From the NCBI GenBank assembly GCA_049584655.1, contig JBAUYF010000007.1, positions 27,288 to 91,287 on the forward strand: a stretch of 64,000 nucleotides of DNA, given 5' to 3'. How positions within the stretch are numbered: the first letter of the stretch is position 1; each line of letters begins with the position of its first letter. The notes beneath the pieces were generated by a model. The model saw only the letters and a list, made by a program, of their open reading frames with translations, was not told the origin of the DNA and made no database searches. Source of the stretch: Thermoplasmata archaeon (GTDB lineage Archaea > Thermoplasmatota > Thermoplasmata > Lutacidiplasmatales > UBA184). Positions 1-9,774 of the stretch are shown one piece after another. The position numbers and the translations under genes were made by a program.

Positions 1-174
1 TTCTTCCCGATGGTGCCAATAATTGATCCCAACGTTCGCCCCGAGGGCGGCCAATCGCAAGACAATCGCTCGACCAATCCCCGTCGCCCCACCCGTCACT
101 AGCCCCGACCGACCCGCGAGCGGCTCCGGCCCCACCCAATCGACGGTTCCGGTGGGCTTAGTCTTCACGGGCAT
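1..174 (-). CDS. SDR-family oxidoreductase, N-terminal fragment; gene runs off the window start
   Basis: Minus-strand translation from the ATG at ~174 gives MPVKTKPTGTVDWVGPEPLAGRSGLVTGGATGIGRAIVLRLAALGANVGINYWHH, which carries the classic TGxxxGxG Rossmann motif of short-chain dehydrogenases. A GGGAG Shine-Dalgarno-like element lies upstream. Confidence 0.5.
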   Translation of the reverse strand, partial: MPVKTKPTGTVDWVGPEPLAGRSGLVTGGATGIGRAIVLRLAALGANVGINYWHHREE

Positions 175-277
175 GACTCCCGTGTTCTTCTTCTGTTCGG
201 GGTAAAAAAACGCACGGCGGAGTCGCGAAGGGGCGCGCGCTCGCTCCACCGGCTGCGGGAATAACTTGCGCGGTGAA

Positions 278-463
278 CTAACTCGATCGGGTGGAGGCGA
301 GCGCGGTAACCAGGAGAATCGCCACGATCACGATCAAGAATAGGTAGAACCAGATGGACTGTAGCAAAAAGGCGACGGTCGTGTAATGGACCAAGAAGAC
401 GATCGAGATCAGTAGCGATAGGGGGAGGAAGACGACCAAGCCCACGCGAGAGGGTCGATTCAT
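278..463 (-). CDS. Small hypothetical membrane protein (~61 aa, 2 predicted TM helices)
   Basis: Internal Met of ORF 278..571. The sequence MNRPSRVGLVVFLPLSLLISIVFLVHYTTVAFLLQSIWFYLFLIVIVAILLV is strongly hydrophobic. Confidence 0.25.
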   Translation of the reverse strand: MNRPSRVGLVVFLPLSLLISIVFLVHYTTVAFLLQSIWFYLFLIVIVAILLVTALASTRSS

Positions 464-644
464 CCCCGATTCCTCAGATCGGTCGGTCTGATCCGCCGGT
501 GTCGTACAACCACGGGGCAGTGAAATCTTCGGACCGCGGTACTCTCGGACCCAACGACGGGCATAGACCAATGCCTCTAGCTCGGTTTGCGCGGAACAGT
601 CGTGGAAAAGACGTTAAGAATGGTCCCCAGGTCCACTCGCCCCG

Positions 645-1055
645 ATGGCACGTCCGAAAATCGAGTTCGTGTATAGTGGCATTCGCGTTCGCAATCTCGC
701 GAAGGCCGTGCGCTTTTACCGCAAGTTGGGCTTCCGTATTTACCGCCGGGGGAAGATGGAGCATGGAGGAGTCTGGGTCCATCTTCGATTCCCCGGCACC
801 GTGAGCCGACTTGAATTGAACTTCTATCCTCGCGGGAGTCGATTTTACGAAGCGATTCGCAAGGGAACGGAATTCGACCATTTCGGCTTCCGTGTATCCG
901 ATGTCGAAGCCTGGACCCGCCAATTGCGACGATGGCACTTTCCAATCGTGGCCGTAGTCCAGGAAACGCATGAGAATCTCGTGTACACACGCGACCCTGA
1001 CGGTAACTGGGTTGAATTCTTCGGCCCCGTCGCGTCGAAGAAATCCCTAAGCTAG
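645..1055 (+). CDS. VOC-family (glyoxalase/bleomycin-resistance/dioxygenase fold) protein
   Basis: 136 aa. Has the VOC pattern (..HLRF..LELNFYP..FDHFGFRV..DPDGNWVEF). It is a paralog of the gene at 14044..14520. It ends with a TAG stop. Confidence 0.8.
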   Translation: MARPKIEFVYSGIRVRNLAKAVRFYRKLGFRIYRRGKMEHGGVWVHLRFPGTVSRLELNFYPRGSRFYEAIRKGTEFDHFGFRVSDVEAWTRQLRRWHFPIVAVVQETHENLVYTRDPDGNWVEFFGPVASKKSLS

Positions 1056-1259
1056 CCCCGATCCGAAGACCACGACCCCAGAGTATTCATACTCCCGGTG
1101 AATTGTGAAAACTGGCCACGGGCCAGGAGGTTTCTGGAGATGACGGCGCGCTGTGATTCATTTGATACTCCGGAAACCGACTGAGTAACCCGTTACTCGC
1201 GTCGGTTCCGGCTCGCCCTCGAGCCGAACAATCCGAGGAACCACCACACAAAACACAAC

Positions 1260-2000
1260 GTGCCGAACGACGCGTACCTTGACGCGAGTGTACACTGGAA
1301 AGTTCGATCCGGAAACGCGACCCTGCATGAACAGCGCTACTCGGAGGTCGTCGAGTCGATACTCGATACGGGACTGGCCACTTCGGTGGTGCAGCAGATC
1401 GGTTCTGGAAAGGAAGCTGGCGTCTTCGCATGTCTGAACGGGCCGCATTTGATCGCCGTCAAGGCGTATCGCTTCTACCAGTCGAGCCACCGAGGGGGTC
1501 GACCGATCAAGCAGGAATCGATGGGCCGTCTCGCGTTGGAAGAGTTGGCGCTCTTGACGCAGGCGTGGACCGGAGGCGCCCGCGTGCCCCGCCCCGGTCG
1601 TCGCGTGGAGAACATGTTCTCGATGCAGTATCTTGGGTCGGTCGAGGGGCCCGCTCCCCGGCTCAACGACGTCGCCCTCGAGGCTCCGGAGGAGTTTCTC
1701 GCCGAGTTATTGGCCAGTACGCGCAAGCTCGCCGACGCGGGCGTGGTCCACTCCGATCTGAGTCCCTTCAACATCCTCGTTCACGACGGGCTCCCCTGGT
1801 TCATCGATCTGGGCCAATGCGTACGGGTGGATCGAGTCGGTACGTCCCCGTGGATCCGGTTGACGGAGGCCGGAGACGCGCTGCGAAGCGGATTCAAGAC
1901 GTTCGACCGCTATTTCCGGAAATATGATCTCCGTGTGGATGTCGAAGCAGAGGTAGCGGCTATCGTGACGAAACTCGATCGTTTCGGCGTCCTGCGCTAA
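1260..2000 (+). CDS. RIO-type serine/threonine protein kinase (short form)
   Basis: GTG start. Has an ATP-binding Lys region (LIAVKAYR), a catalytic loop VHSDLSPFNILV and a metal-binding FIDLGQC, all typical of the RIO family. Confidence 0.85.
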   Translation: MPNDAYLDASVHWKVRSGNATLHEQRYSEVVESILDTGLATSVVQQIGSGKEAGVFACLNGPHLIAVKAYRFYQSSHRGGRPIKQESMGRLALEELALLTQAWTGGARVPRPGRRVENMFSMQYLGSVEGPAPRLNDVALEAPEEFLAELLASTRKLADAGVVHSDLSPFNILVHDGLPWFIDLGQCVRVDRVGTSPWIRLTEAGDALRSGFKTFDRYFRKYDLRVDVEAEVAAIVTKLDRFGVLR

Positions 2001-2046
2001 TCTCGACCTTCCTTTCGTGCGGAATCCCCGGATTTCGTAGGCGAGG

Positions 2047-3297
2047 CTACCACCGAGCTCCCGGACTATCGCGACCGGAACTAACTCGGTCGTAGGACTC
2101 CACCGCACGAGCGAAGATCTCGCGTAGGCGCGGGGCCGCACGTTTGACGTGGCAGATGCGGGCCGTATGGTAGCCGGCCTCTCCCATACGTCGGGCGCGC
2201 TCCGGCTGGCTGAGGAGCGTCGCCATGCTCGTCACGAGCGCGCGTACGGAGCCCGGTCGCACGGCGTATCCGTTGAAGTCGTCATTGACGAGTTCCGCCA
2301 CCCCGGCCCCTTGGCTGACGACGACCGGGAGTCGATGCATCCATGCCTCAATGACCACGAGACCGAATCCTTCCCACGGGGCCGGATGGACGAAGAGACT
2401 TGCCCCCTCGTAGGCCGCCCGGAGGTCCTCATTCGAAACGTTCCCCGTGAGGATCACCGATTTCTCGAGCTTGAGATCTCGAATCTGCACGCGCAAGCGT
2501 TGCAGCCAGGCGTCTGACTTCGTCGGCTCGTTGATCTTCGATGCTTGCCGCGAGGAGAAACTCTCCCCCCCTACGAGTACCAAGCGATGGTCCGGAAATC
2601 GATCCCGAAGTTGGGCGAAGGCGGCGATGACCAAGTCGTGGCGTTTCACGGGATCCATGCGGCCGACGCATAGCGTGTACGGAGCGTGCCCGACCCCGCT
2701 CCGTGCTCGAAACTCCGCGATCGCCCGGTCGGAAGCGGGGCGATTCTCGTTCGGATCAATATACGGATAGACTTGGAACGCTCGTCCATGGAATCCGTGC
2801 CGGATCAATTCCTCGAGGCCCGCGCGGGTGCTCACGACGATGGCGTCAAATCCCTCCATCGACCGAAGGAAGAATCGACGCACGGGCTCCGGATAACCCC
2901 GAAATTCGAGGGGAATGTGCCAACGCATGAGCGCGGGTGAGGCCGACCCGATCATGCCGCCGACGAGGATCTGCTGAAAGTCGTTCACATAGAACAGGTC
3001 GTAGTCGTTCATGTGATGGAGCAAGTGCTGCGCGGTACGGTGGTTGTACTCCACGAAAGCCTGGTACTCTTCGGGGCGGAACGGTTCGAGTCCCCGGGGA
3101 CCATGAAAGGAACGCCAGACGGCTTCCTTGAACGAATTGTAGCGCTCGCGGAGATCGGCTTCGAGCGGAACGGTTTCAACGGTGTATCCTTCGTCGATCG
3201 TGAACTCCGTCGGAAGGTCCGGCCCTTGCTGCACGACCCACCGAGGATTGGGTGCAATCCAGTGGCCTAAGCCAGTCCGCAATAAGGATCGCATCAT
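2047..3297 (-). CDS. GT4-family glycosyltransferase, TreT/trehalose-synthase-like two-domain architecture
   Basis: The C-terminal GT-B domain has the EGFGLVVIEAW glycosyltransferase-1 motif. The N-terminal domain (FHG..EEYQAFVEYNHRTAQHLL..DLFYVNDFQQ) resembles TreT/sucrose-synthase-like GT4 enzymes. The ORF extends to 3429, but the likely start is the internal MM near 3297. Confidence 0.7.
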   Translation of the reverse strand: MMRSLLRTGLGHWIAPNPRWVVQQGPDLPTEFTIDEGYTVETVPLEADLRERYNSFKEAVWRSFHGPRGLEPFRPEEYQAFVEYNHRTAQHLLHHMNDYDLFYVNDFQQILVGGMIGSASPALMRWHIPLEFRGYPEPVRRFFLRSMEGFDAIVVSTRAGLEELIRHGFHGRAFQVYPYIDPNENRPASDRAIAEFRARSGVGHAPYTLCVGRMDPVKRHDLVIAAFAQLRDRFPDHRLVLVGGESFSSRQASKINEPTKSDAWLQRLRVQIRDLKLEKSVILTGNVSNEDLRAAYEGASLFVHPAPWEGFGLVVIEAWMHRLPVVVSQGAGVAELVNDDFNGYAVRPGSVRALVTSMATLLSQPERARRMGEAGYHTARICHVKRAAPRLREIFARAVESYDRVSSGRDSPGARW

Positions 3298-3629
3298 TGG
3301 AACCACCCCGCCCACGTTCGGAATGTAGTCGCGCCCGACCTTCCAGGGCCCCCGACGTGGCGGCGAGCGCCCACCGATTGGTTGGATCGGCGGCGTTTGC
3401 GAACTGATACAAATTCTGAGCATTCTCACCGATCCTACACCGGGCGGATCTCGTCGTTCCCTCCCCGGTACCTCCGGAGGTCTTTAGCTCATTTGGGCAC
3501 GGTACGAGCTCGGCGATCCTCACTGGCTTCAGTCGACGAATTAGATGCGGATTCGTGCTCTCGGAGAGGAAGTACACCGCGAGGATGTCGCCGGCCCACG
3601 CGCGAATCGCCGGCATTTGCCGAGCAGTC

Positions 3630-4082
3630 TCAATGGCGCGCGACCAAGCTTGCACGGTAAACGCCTAGGACGGCGATGGAGACGCCGACTCCTAGGAGTC
3701 CTACCGGTACCCAAATTTCGTGGGCCAGGGTGCCGATCGAGACGCCAATGCCGGCGGTTGTCCAGAGGAAGCCTGCGCCTGCGAGTGCGGTTGAGAGTTC
3801 GAATCGACCCGCTCCTACGGCGACGGCGGCGGCGAGAAAGAAGATGACGCCCAGCACCGCAAGAAAGGTGCCGAATCCGAGGAAGGTCATCAGGCCGGCT
3901 ACGGCGGTCAGAACGGCGAGGAGCGTGGCGGCGGTCCACCAAGCCACGGTGTCGGCGAGGTCTGGGAATTCCGAGGTTCGGTAGGATCCCGCGGTAGCGA
4001 CGCGTCCGCCGACTCGAAAGACGGGAGTGTCAGGGCGCGGTTCAGTGGTCACAGCGGTAATGCTCGGATTCCACACGCACAC
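3630..4082 (-). CDS. Hypothetical membrane protein
   Basis: 150 aa with about four hydrophobic helices and Gly/Ala-rich TM segments. Confidence 0.4.
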   Translation of the reverse strand: MCVWNPSITAVTTEPRPDTPVFRVGGRVATAGSYRTSEFPDLADTVAWWTAATLLAVLTAVAGLMTFLGFGTFLAVLGVIFFLAAAVAVGAGRFELSTALAGAGFLWTTAGIGVSIGTLAHEIWVPVGLLGVGVSIAVLGVYRASLVARH

Positions 4083-4138
4083 TTATCCTAAGCCGAACGG
4101 AGCGGAGTCCCCTAGCCTACGTGGCCGGGCGAGTCCGT

Positions 4139-4714
4139 TCAGAGAGCCAAATACAGGAAGTACGCCGCGAACGCCAGAAGGAAACCTGTCGCGACAACCA
4201 CGACGGTCGATTCGAGCTGTGGGCGCGACTGCACCCCCCGATGGACCGCCGTCGGGAAGACGACGATCCAGACTGCGATGGCAGAGAAGAGACCTACGAA
4301 CAGGACCAACCCTCCCAGAAAAGCGAAGGCGAGCCCAGCGGTGAGCCACCAAAGAATTTGAAACGGATTTCCGATGCCCAGTAACAACGCTTGCGCGTAA
4401 ACTCGGATGCTCGACGGGGTGGCTCCGGCGGGACCCCGCCTCGATCGGAGCAGCAGGATGGCGTACAGCGTCATGACGCAGGCTCCCGACAGGTAGACGA
4501 CCCGAATCTCGGCCGTCAGGCTGACGGAGGATCGGAGCAGAAAGACGACAGCTCCGAGTACGGCGTCGGCGCTCATGGCACCCGCTCCCGCTACCACGCC
4601 GTTGCGTAAGGACCGAACGGCCTGGCTCGAGATGAAGGCATTCATGGGACCCGGCGGGATCGTCAGGGAAAAGCCGAGGGCGAGCCCGAGCAGCAGGAAG
4701 TAACTCGTCTGCAA
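4139..4714 (-). CDS. LysE/RhtB-family amino-acid exporter
   Basis: 191 aa, 6 TM helices. The N-terminal LGLALGFSLTIPPGPMNAF motif is characteristic of LysE-type translocators. Confidence 0.75.
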   Translation of the reverse strand: MQTSYFLLLGLALGFSLTIPPGPMNAFISSQAVRSLRNGVVAGAGAMSADAVLGAVVFLLRSSVSLTAEIRVVYLSGACVMTLYAILLLRSRRGPAGATPSSIRVYAQALLLGIGNPFQILWWLTAGLAFAFLGGLVLFVGLFSAIAVWIVVFPTAVHRGVQSRPQLESTVVVVATGFLLAFAAYFLYLAL

Positions 4715-4794
4715 TGGTCTCCTCCGTCGTCGGCGAGATTATTTCACCGGGAGAATTCCCGCATCGGTCGGCTGACTCGGGATGGGGATGCGGT

Positions 4795-5571
4795 TTAGGT
4801 TCCGAACGTTCGGGTGACGCGAACAGTTCCTGCCAATACGAAGGCGGGCGCCAACAACGCGAGGACCGGCGCCGCGAGCAGCAAGTATTGCGCTCCCTCG
4901 AAGGGGGTAAAAAGGAAAATGAAGGGTCCGACCAGAACCAAAAGTAGGATCGCATAGAGCGCGCCCCCGCCAGAAAGAGCCGGTTGACCGTATCGGGCGG
5001 CGCTCAGAATCAAACCCGCCACAATACCCACGGCGCCTATCCAACCCAACCAGAAACCAATGAGTGCGATCGAGGCGCCGATGGGCTGCGTAGATTTGAG
5101 ACAGGAGTAGATGTGCCCCGGTTGACCTCGTAGGCACGAAACCATGCTATTCGCCGAGCCGAGCACGATGGCGGCGACAATGACGATGAGGAGGAACCCG
5201 ATGGATCCGATCAAACAGAGTATCGAGGCAACGCGAAATCCCCCCGACACCTTTCGGAGGGCCGAAAAGGCCCGTCGATACTCGAAGAGGGATACGAGGA
5301 AAAGCAGAGCTCCGGCGAGCAGGGCGATACTGACGACATCGATGAGCGAGTTGCCGTAGGTGAAGAATCCACCCGGCTCGTACGTGCTAAGCCAGAGGAA
5401 CGTTACCGGGAGAACGAACAATGCGATCGCTGCTGCCAATCCCAGACCGGCCCCGGTCCCGAGGCGCCGAACTCCTCGTTGGTCTTCCTTCAAGATCAGG
5501 TGGCTTGCGATCATATTGTCATGCTGGAGGGAGCTCCCCGGACCAGGGCGCGGGAGAGTCAGAGAGCCCAA
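4795..5571 (-). CDS. Hypothetical polytopic membrane protein
   Basis: 258 aa with multiple TM helices. No recognisable catalytic motif. Confidence 0.5.
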   Translation of the reverse strand: MGSLTLPRPGPGSSLQHDNMIASHLILKEDQRGVRRLGTGAGLGLAAAIALFVLPVTFLWLSTYEPGGFFTYGNSLIDVVSIALLAGALLFLVSLFEYRRAFSALRKVSGGFRVASILCLIGSIGFLLIVIVAAIVLGSANSMVSCLRGQPGHIYSCLKSTQPIGASIALIGFWLGWIGAVGIVAGLILSAARYGQPALSGGGALYAILLLVLVGPFIFLFTPFEGAQYLLLAAPVLALLAPAFVLAGTVRVTRTFGT

Positions 5572-5816
5572 CTCGGTGGCAATCGGGAATCGCCGGGAGA
5601 TTATCTACCCAACGGACCGGACGAAATGATACCCATCCGGAGGCACGCCCGGTAACTTAGGTAGGGCGACCCACGTATCCTAGAAAGTCAGGGCTCGGAG
5701 TTCGACGACCGTTTACGACCGAGCCGGAGTTCGTACGTAACCCGCTTCATAAGCCAAGTGGATGCGACCGCCACCGGGGGGCTCAACCGGCCCCGCAGTG
5801 GAGCGAACGTCGCGGC

Positions 5817-6740
5817 ATGTTCAATGTGGAAGTAGTCGTCGCGCTCGCGATTCTCGCCGGGCTAATGGCCGGCGGGAACTCCTACATCTTTGTACAGTTC
5901 TTCCCCCGTCGGGGGGGGACCCCCAATTTGGGCCGGGCGATCCTCGTAGCGGGGCTGCTCGGTTCGTCCCTTTGCGTCTGGCTTGCGGTGATGTGGGCCG
6001 TCGTGGTACCCAGCTTCGGAGCTTGGCTCGCGGTCTTCCTCGGTATGAATTCCATGATGGTGGCGGTTGGCGTCTGGTTCGTCGCCATCTTCCTTCGCGC
6101 AGAAGAAAGGATGGTGCCTTCCGGGAGCTGGGGTTGGGCGGCAACGTTGTCCCTCTTGGTGATCGGGAATGAACTATTCATGGGAACATCGTTCGTCGGA
6201 GCCGTGGGAGGTCCCGGCGCTCTCTTGGCGGGATCCACTCCGACCCTGATCTCGGGATTCACGGCGTCCGTCAACTCGTTGTGGTTCTTCTGGGCGATGC
6301 TCGCAAATCTGACCTGGCTCGTCCTCTGGCTCCCCCTCGCTCGGAACGAAAAGGAGGCGTTGCTTGGTCTGAGCTCCGTAACGATCGTAGGCCCCTGGGT
6401 GCTTTGGAGCCCGTTCTGGGGACCGCTGGCCCTCCTCCTAGTGGTAGTGATGGTGGCCCTTCTCGTACTTCGATCGTACCGCGCCACGACCCAACCCACT
6501 GTCCGCTACTCCAGGATCGTGACTGGGTCGATTGCGGGGCTGGTGACCGTCGCGGGGGGCGCGACCATTGCCGGGCTGACTGCTGATTCTCCATTCGGAT
6601 CCCTCGCGTGGGCATCGGCTGCCTTCTTCGTTCTCTTCTTCCAACTCCTGTTCTTGTCTCAGTCGGCGTTGAAGCATACGACGCCGGCCGCGGCCAGCAC
6701 CTCCCTACCACTCACGGCACCTAGCGCCGCCTCCGAGTGA
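5817..6740 (+). CDS. Hypothetical polytopic membrane protein
   Basis: 307 aa with about 8 TM helices. Transcribed divergently from 4795..5571. Confidence 0.5.
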   Translation: MFNVEVVVALAILAGLMAGGNSYIFVQFFPRRGGTPNLGRAILVAGLLGSSLCVWLAVMWAVVVPSFGAWLAVFLGMNSMMVAVGVWFVAIFLRAEERMVPSGSWGWAATLSLLVIGNELFMGTSFVGAVGGPGALLAGSTPTLISGFTASVNSLWFFWAMLANLTWLVLWLPLARNEKEALLGLSSVTIVGPWVLWSPFWGPLALLLVVVMVALLVLRSYRATTQPTVRYSRIVTGSIAGLVTVAGGATIAGLTADSPFGSLAWASAAFFVLFFQLLFLSQSALKHTTPAAASTSLPLTAPSAASE

Positions 6741-6839
6741 AAGCGAGTCGAGGGCGTCGAGAGCTGAGTGCTCCCGTTTGGCGAACCCACCGCCGATAAC
6801 GGGATCGAGCTCCTGCCCAGGCGGATGTAATGAGGGTCG

Positions 6840-7550
6840 GTGGCTCCTACCTATGGAAGTTCAATGCCGGCCTCATGTCCCGATTGCGGTGCCCAGGTGG
6901 AGTACGTCTCCGAGCCGGCACGCCTCCTCTCCGGCACCTGCGGGTCCTGCCATCACGAATTCACGATTGTGGGGGGTCACCTCGACGTCAAGCCCGCACC
7001 GGATGCCCGGTCTCGGGCGGAGGTCGGCGCCGAGGGGCCAGCGGCTCCGCAAGGGCCGACCTGCCCAGATTGCGGCGCCCCGACCGCGTTGAGGGTGACC
7101 TCCTCGCGTTCGATTGAGTCGGTCTGCTCCGACTGCGACTCGACGCGTATGTTCGTTCTATCGGACGGAAGTCGACCACCTGCGCGCGAGCCCCGATCCG
7201 ATCGGGGTTGGCGCGATGACGGGGATCGTCGAGCGCCTTCGGCCAGTCGTCCCTGCCGGCAATGCGGCGCCCCGCTGACTTTCACCACGGGTGAAGACGG
7301 GCTGTTGACGGGAGAATGCACCCAGTGCGGGAACCGGTTTACGCTCCCCGCACGCCGTGACTCAGGGGGCCCGCGCAACGATCGCCGCGAGCGCCCGTCA
7401 TTCGGACGCAGCCGTCCCTCCGGATATTCCGGGGGTCGGAACTTCTCCCGCGGCTCGGGGCGACCTCCATCCTACGAGCGAAGGGGCCGACGGAACGATT
7501 CGTCGGACGATGCGGAGGCGCCTCGCCGTCGGCGGCCGCGGCGCGAGTAG
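6840..7550 (+). CDS. Protein with three tandem 4-Cys zinc-ribbon modules and an Arg/Gly/Ser-rich (RGG-like) C-terminal tail
   Basis: Three modules: CPDCG..x15..CGSCHH, CPDCG..x17..CSDCDS and CRQCG..x16..CTQCGN. The tail is RRDSGGPRNDRRERPSFGRSRPSGYSGGRNFSRGSGRPPSYERRGRRND..RRRRPRRE. Confidence 0.6.
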   Translation: MAPTYGSSMPASCPDCGAQVEYVSEPARLLSGTCGSCHHEFTIVGGHLDVKPAPDARSRAEVGAEGPAAPQGPTCPDCGAPTALRVTSSRSIESVCSDCDSTRMFVLSDGSRPPAREPRSDRGWRDDGDRRAPSASRPCRQCGAPLTFTTGEDGLLTGECTQCGNRFTLPARRDSGGPRNDRRERPSFGRSRPSGYSGGRNFSRGSGRPPSYERRGRRNDSSDDAEAPRRRRPRRE

Positions 7551-7660
7551 GGCTTCTCTGGAATTCGCGAAGGGTCGTTGCGGGATTCTTGGTCGATTGA
7601 CCCGTGCTGAAGGAGCAGGACGCTCGGAGCGGGACCTGTCTGCCGACCGGGTGGTTCGGT

Positions 7661-8566
7661 CTAAGTGAATTCTTCCCGAGCGAAGAAATAGAGACCCGCC
7701 AGCGCCGTGAGCACGAAGTACCCCGCCATGATGATTAGCCCCTCTAGGTAGGTGGGCGCGTACGTCGTGACGGTCGTCGTTCGGCCCCGCGGGCCGGTCA
7801 TGGTGGAGGTCGACACGTGCGCCGGTAGGGTGGAAAGGAAGGGATACGTGATCACCTGCTGGGCATACGTGATGATGAACCACGGTTCGATCTTCACGAG
7901 CACGGTGATTAGTTCTTCGATGATCGAGAATCCGAACAAGAACAAGACGGCGACGACGAGGACGGCGTAGAGGCTGTTCTTGAACATGGAACTAAAGAGA
8001 AAGACAGCGCCGAGCAGGGCGAGCAGGTAGAGCACCGCGATGGCGAAGGATTCGAAGAGCGCTACGGGAAACGCATTCACCCCGAGGTAGACGGCTCCGT
8101 TCGCGAGGAGGATCGCGAGATAGACTACCACGGCAACCAGGGAGGCGATCAGAGCCGCGAGGAACTTGCCCACATAGACGCTGTCGCGACGGATCGGGAG
8201 GCCCATCAGGAAGTATCCGGTCTTGTTCTGGAACTCCCCTGCGATCGCGTCCCCGCCGAAGATGATCCCGGCGAAGATGATCACGACCGTCACCCCGCCG
8301 CCCCAGAACGACCCATAGAAGGCATCGGAACTCGCGGTCAACCCCGACACCGTGGAGGAGCCATGGAAGTACGCCAGTACGAACGAAATGATGGCACCGA
8401 TCGCCGCCACGATTGCCATCATCAGCACGAACCGACGGGATCGGAGATAGTCCCTGAGTTGGTACCGAGAGAGGATCAGGGCCTGCGTCAGCGTGTCGGG
8501 AACTGAACCGATCGCCCCGTCCCCTCGAGGCGCGTTGGCGATCGCCGTAGCCGACGGAGTGCTCAT
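7661..8566 (-). CDS. ABC-2 type transporter permease
   Basis: 301 aa, 6 TM helices. Overlaps the upstream ATPase gene by 4 nt. Confidence 0.75.
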   Translation of the reverse strand: MSTPSATAIANAPRGDGAIGSVPDTLTQALILSRYQLRDYLRSRRFVLMMAIVAAIGAIISFVLAYFHGSSTVSGLTASSDAFYGSFWGGGVTVVIIFAGIIFGGDAIAGEFQNKTGYFLMGLPIRRDSVYVGKFLAALIASLVAVVVYLAILLANGAVYLGVNAFPVALFESFAIAVLYLLALLGAVFLFSSMFKNSLYAVLVVAVLFLFGFSIIEELITVLVKIEPWFIITYAQQVITYPFLSTLPAHVSTSTMTGPRGRTTTVTTYAPTYLEGLIIMAGYFVLTALAGLYFFAREEFT

Positions 8567-9510
8567 GCGTCCCCCACCGAGATCTCACGCAAGTAGACCT
8601 CCTCCAGCGCCGATCGCGATTCGCGGAAACTGAGAAGCCCGAGATGGAGCGCTGCGATCTTTTCGAGCAGTACGCTCTGCTCGGCCCGTCCCCCTTTGAC
8701 TTGCAACGAGATCCGTTGAGAAGCGACGCGCGTGACGCCGGCCACCTCTGGCAGCCCGGCGATCGTGCCGTTTAGGACCGCGTCGTCTATGGGGGCAGCG
8801 AACTCGGCCTCGACCGATTGGACCCCGCCGCCTAGACGTCGCGTGACGTTCTCCAGGGAGTCGGCGAAGAGTAACTTCCCATGGTCGATGAGCGCTACGT
8901 CGTCACAGACGTCGACAACTTCGCTGAGGATATGACTGCTCATGAAGATCAGACGATGACCCTTCTTGAGACCACGAACGATGTCGCGGACCTCCGCCAT
9001 TCCCCGAGGGTCGAGCCCAGTGCTCGGCTCATCGAGGATTACGACCTCGGGGTCCGAAAGGAGCGCCGCGGCGATGTTGACGCGCTGTTTCATGCCCTTG
9101 GAGAAGCGGCCCACTTTGTGGGTGGCCCATTCTGACATCTTCACTTCCTCCAAGACGATAGCCGTCCGAGAGCGGATCTCCTCCGGCCGCATCCCGCGCA
9201 GGGCGCCGCTCATCTCGAGAGCCTCCCGGGGGGAGAGCGACGGGTAGATCTCGGGGGTTTCCACCAAGTCGCCGCAGGACGCGAGGGCCCGTCGACGATC
9301 CGCTTGGACGGATACACCGTTGATGAAGGCCTCCCCTTCGGTCGGAAAAATCAGGTCCGTGAACATCTTGAGGGTGGTGGTCTTTCCCGCCCCGTTCGGC
9401 CCTAGGAATCCCATACATCGGGCTCCTTCGACCTTCAGATTGAGATGGTCTAGCGCCGTGAACGCGCCGAACCGCTTGGTCAGATCTATCGCTTGAACGC
9501 TCGGTGACAT
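8563..9510 (-). CDS. ABC transporter ATP-binding protein
   Basis: Walker A GPNGAGKTT, signature LSGGMKQR, Walker B VVILDEPSTGLD. The likely start is MSPSVQ at ~9510; the ORF extends to 9606. Confidence 0.9.
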   Translation of the reverse strand: MSPSVQAIDLTKRFGAFTALDHLNLKVEGARCMGFLGPNGAGKTTTLKMFTDLIFPTEGEAFINGVSVQADRRRALASCGDLVETPEIYPSLSPREALEMSGALRGMRPEEIRSRTAIVLEEVKMSEWATHKVGRFSKGMKQRVNIAAALLSDPEVVILDEPSTGLDPRGMAEVRDIVRGLKKGHRLIFMSSHILSEVVDVCDDVALIDHGKLLFADSLENVTRRLGGGVQSVEAEFAAPIDDAVLNGTIAGLPEVAGVTRVASQRISLQVKGGRAEQSVLLEKIAALHLGLLSFRESRSALEEVYLREISVGDA

Positions 9511-9774
9511 AGTAGCCCAGTCGCGGGGGTTGGGTCCCGGGAGTTGAAAAGCGTAGCTGCCTATGCGCAGCGCAACCCCGCACGAAGCGCTACTCGCGGG
9601 GCACAAATTCCTCCCGGATCACGATTCCTGGACCACCAGTCGAAATAGCCCATCGCGTCAACCGCCGCGAGCTACGGTTGGCGGTCTTGTCCGAAAAGTA
9701 GAGGATCCCGGGCCCGGTGGATCCGCGGGCGGTTACCACCGCCCAGCTCGGCCGCGCGGGAGTTTCCCGGTAAT

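Noticed and set aside
474-990. Two long minus-strand ORFs (474..971, 577..990) overlapping the VOC gene
   Set aside because: They are antisense to a well-supported CDS (645..1055) and have Arg/Gly/Pro-rich low-complexity translations typical of spurious ORFs in high-GC DNA.
9607-9774. Possible tRNA in the GC-rich hairpin-rich gap after the ABC ATPase gene (gggcccggtggatccgcgggcggttaccaccgcccagctcgg)
   Set aside because: No T-loop (GTTCRANYC), no D-loop GG, and no 7-bp acceptor pairing could be constructed.
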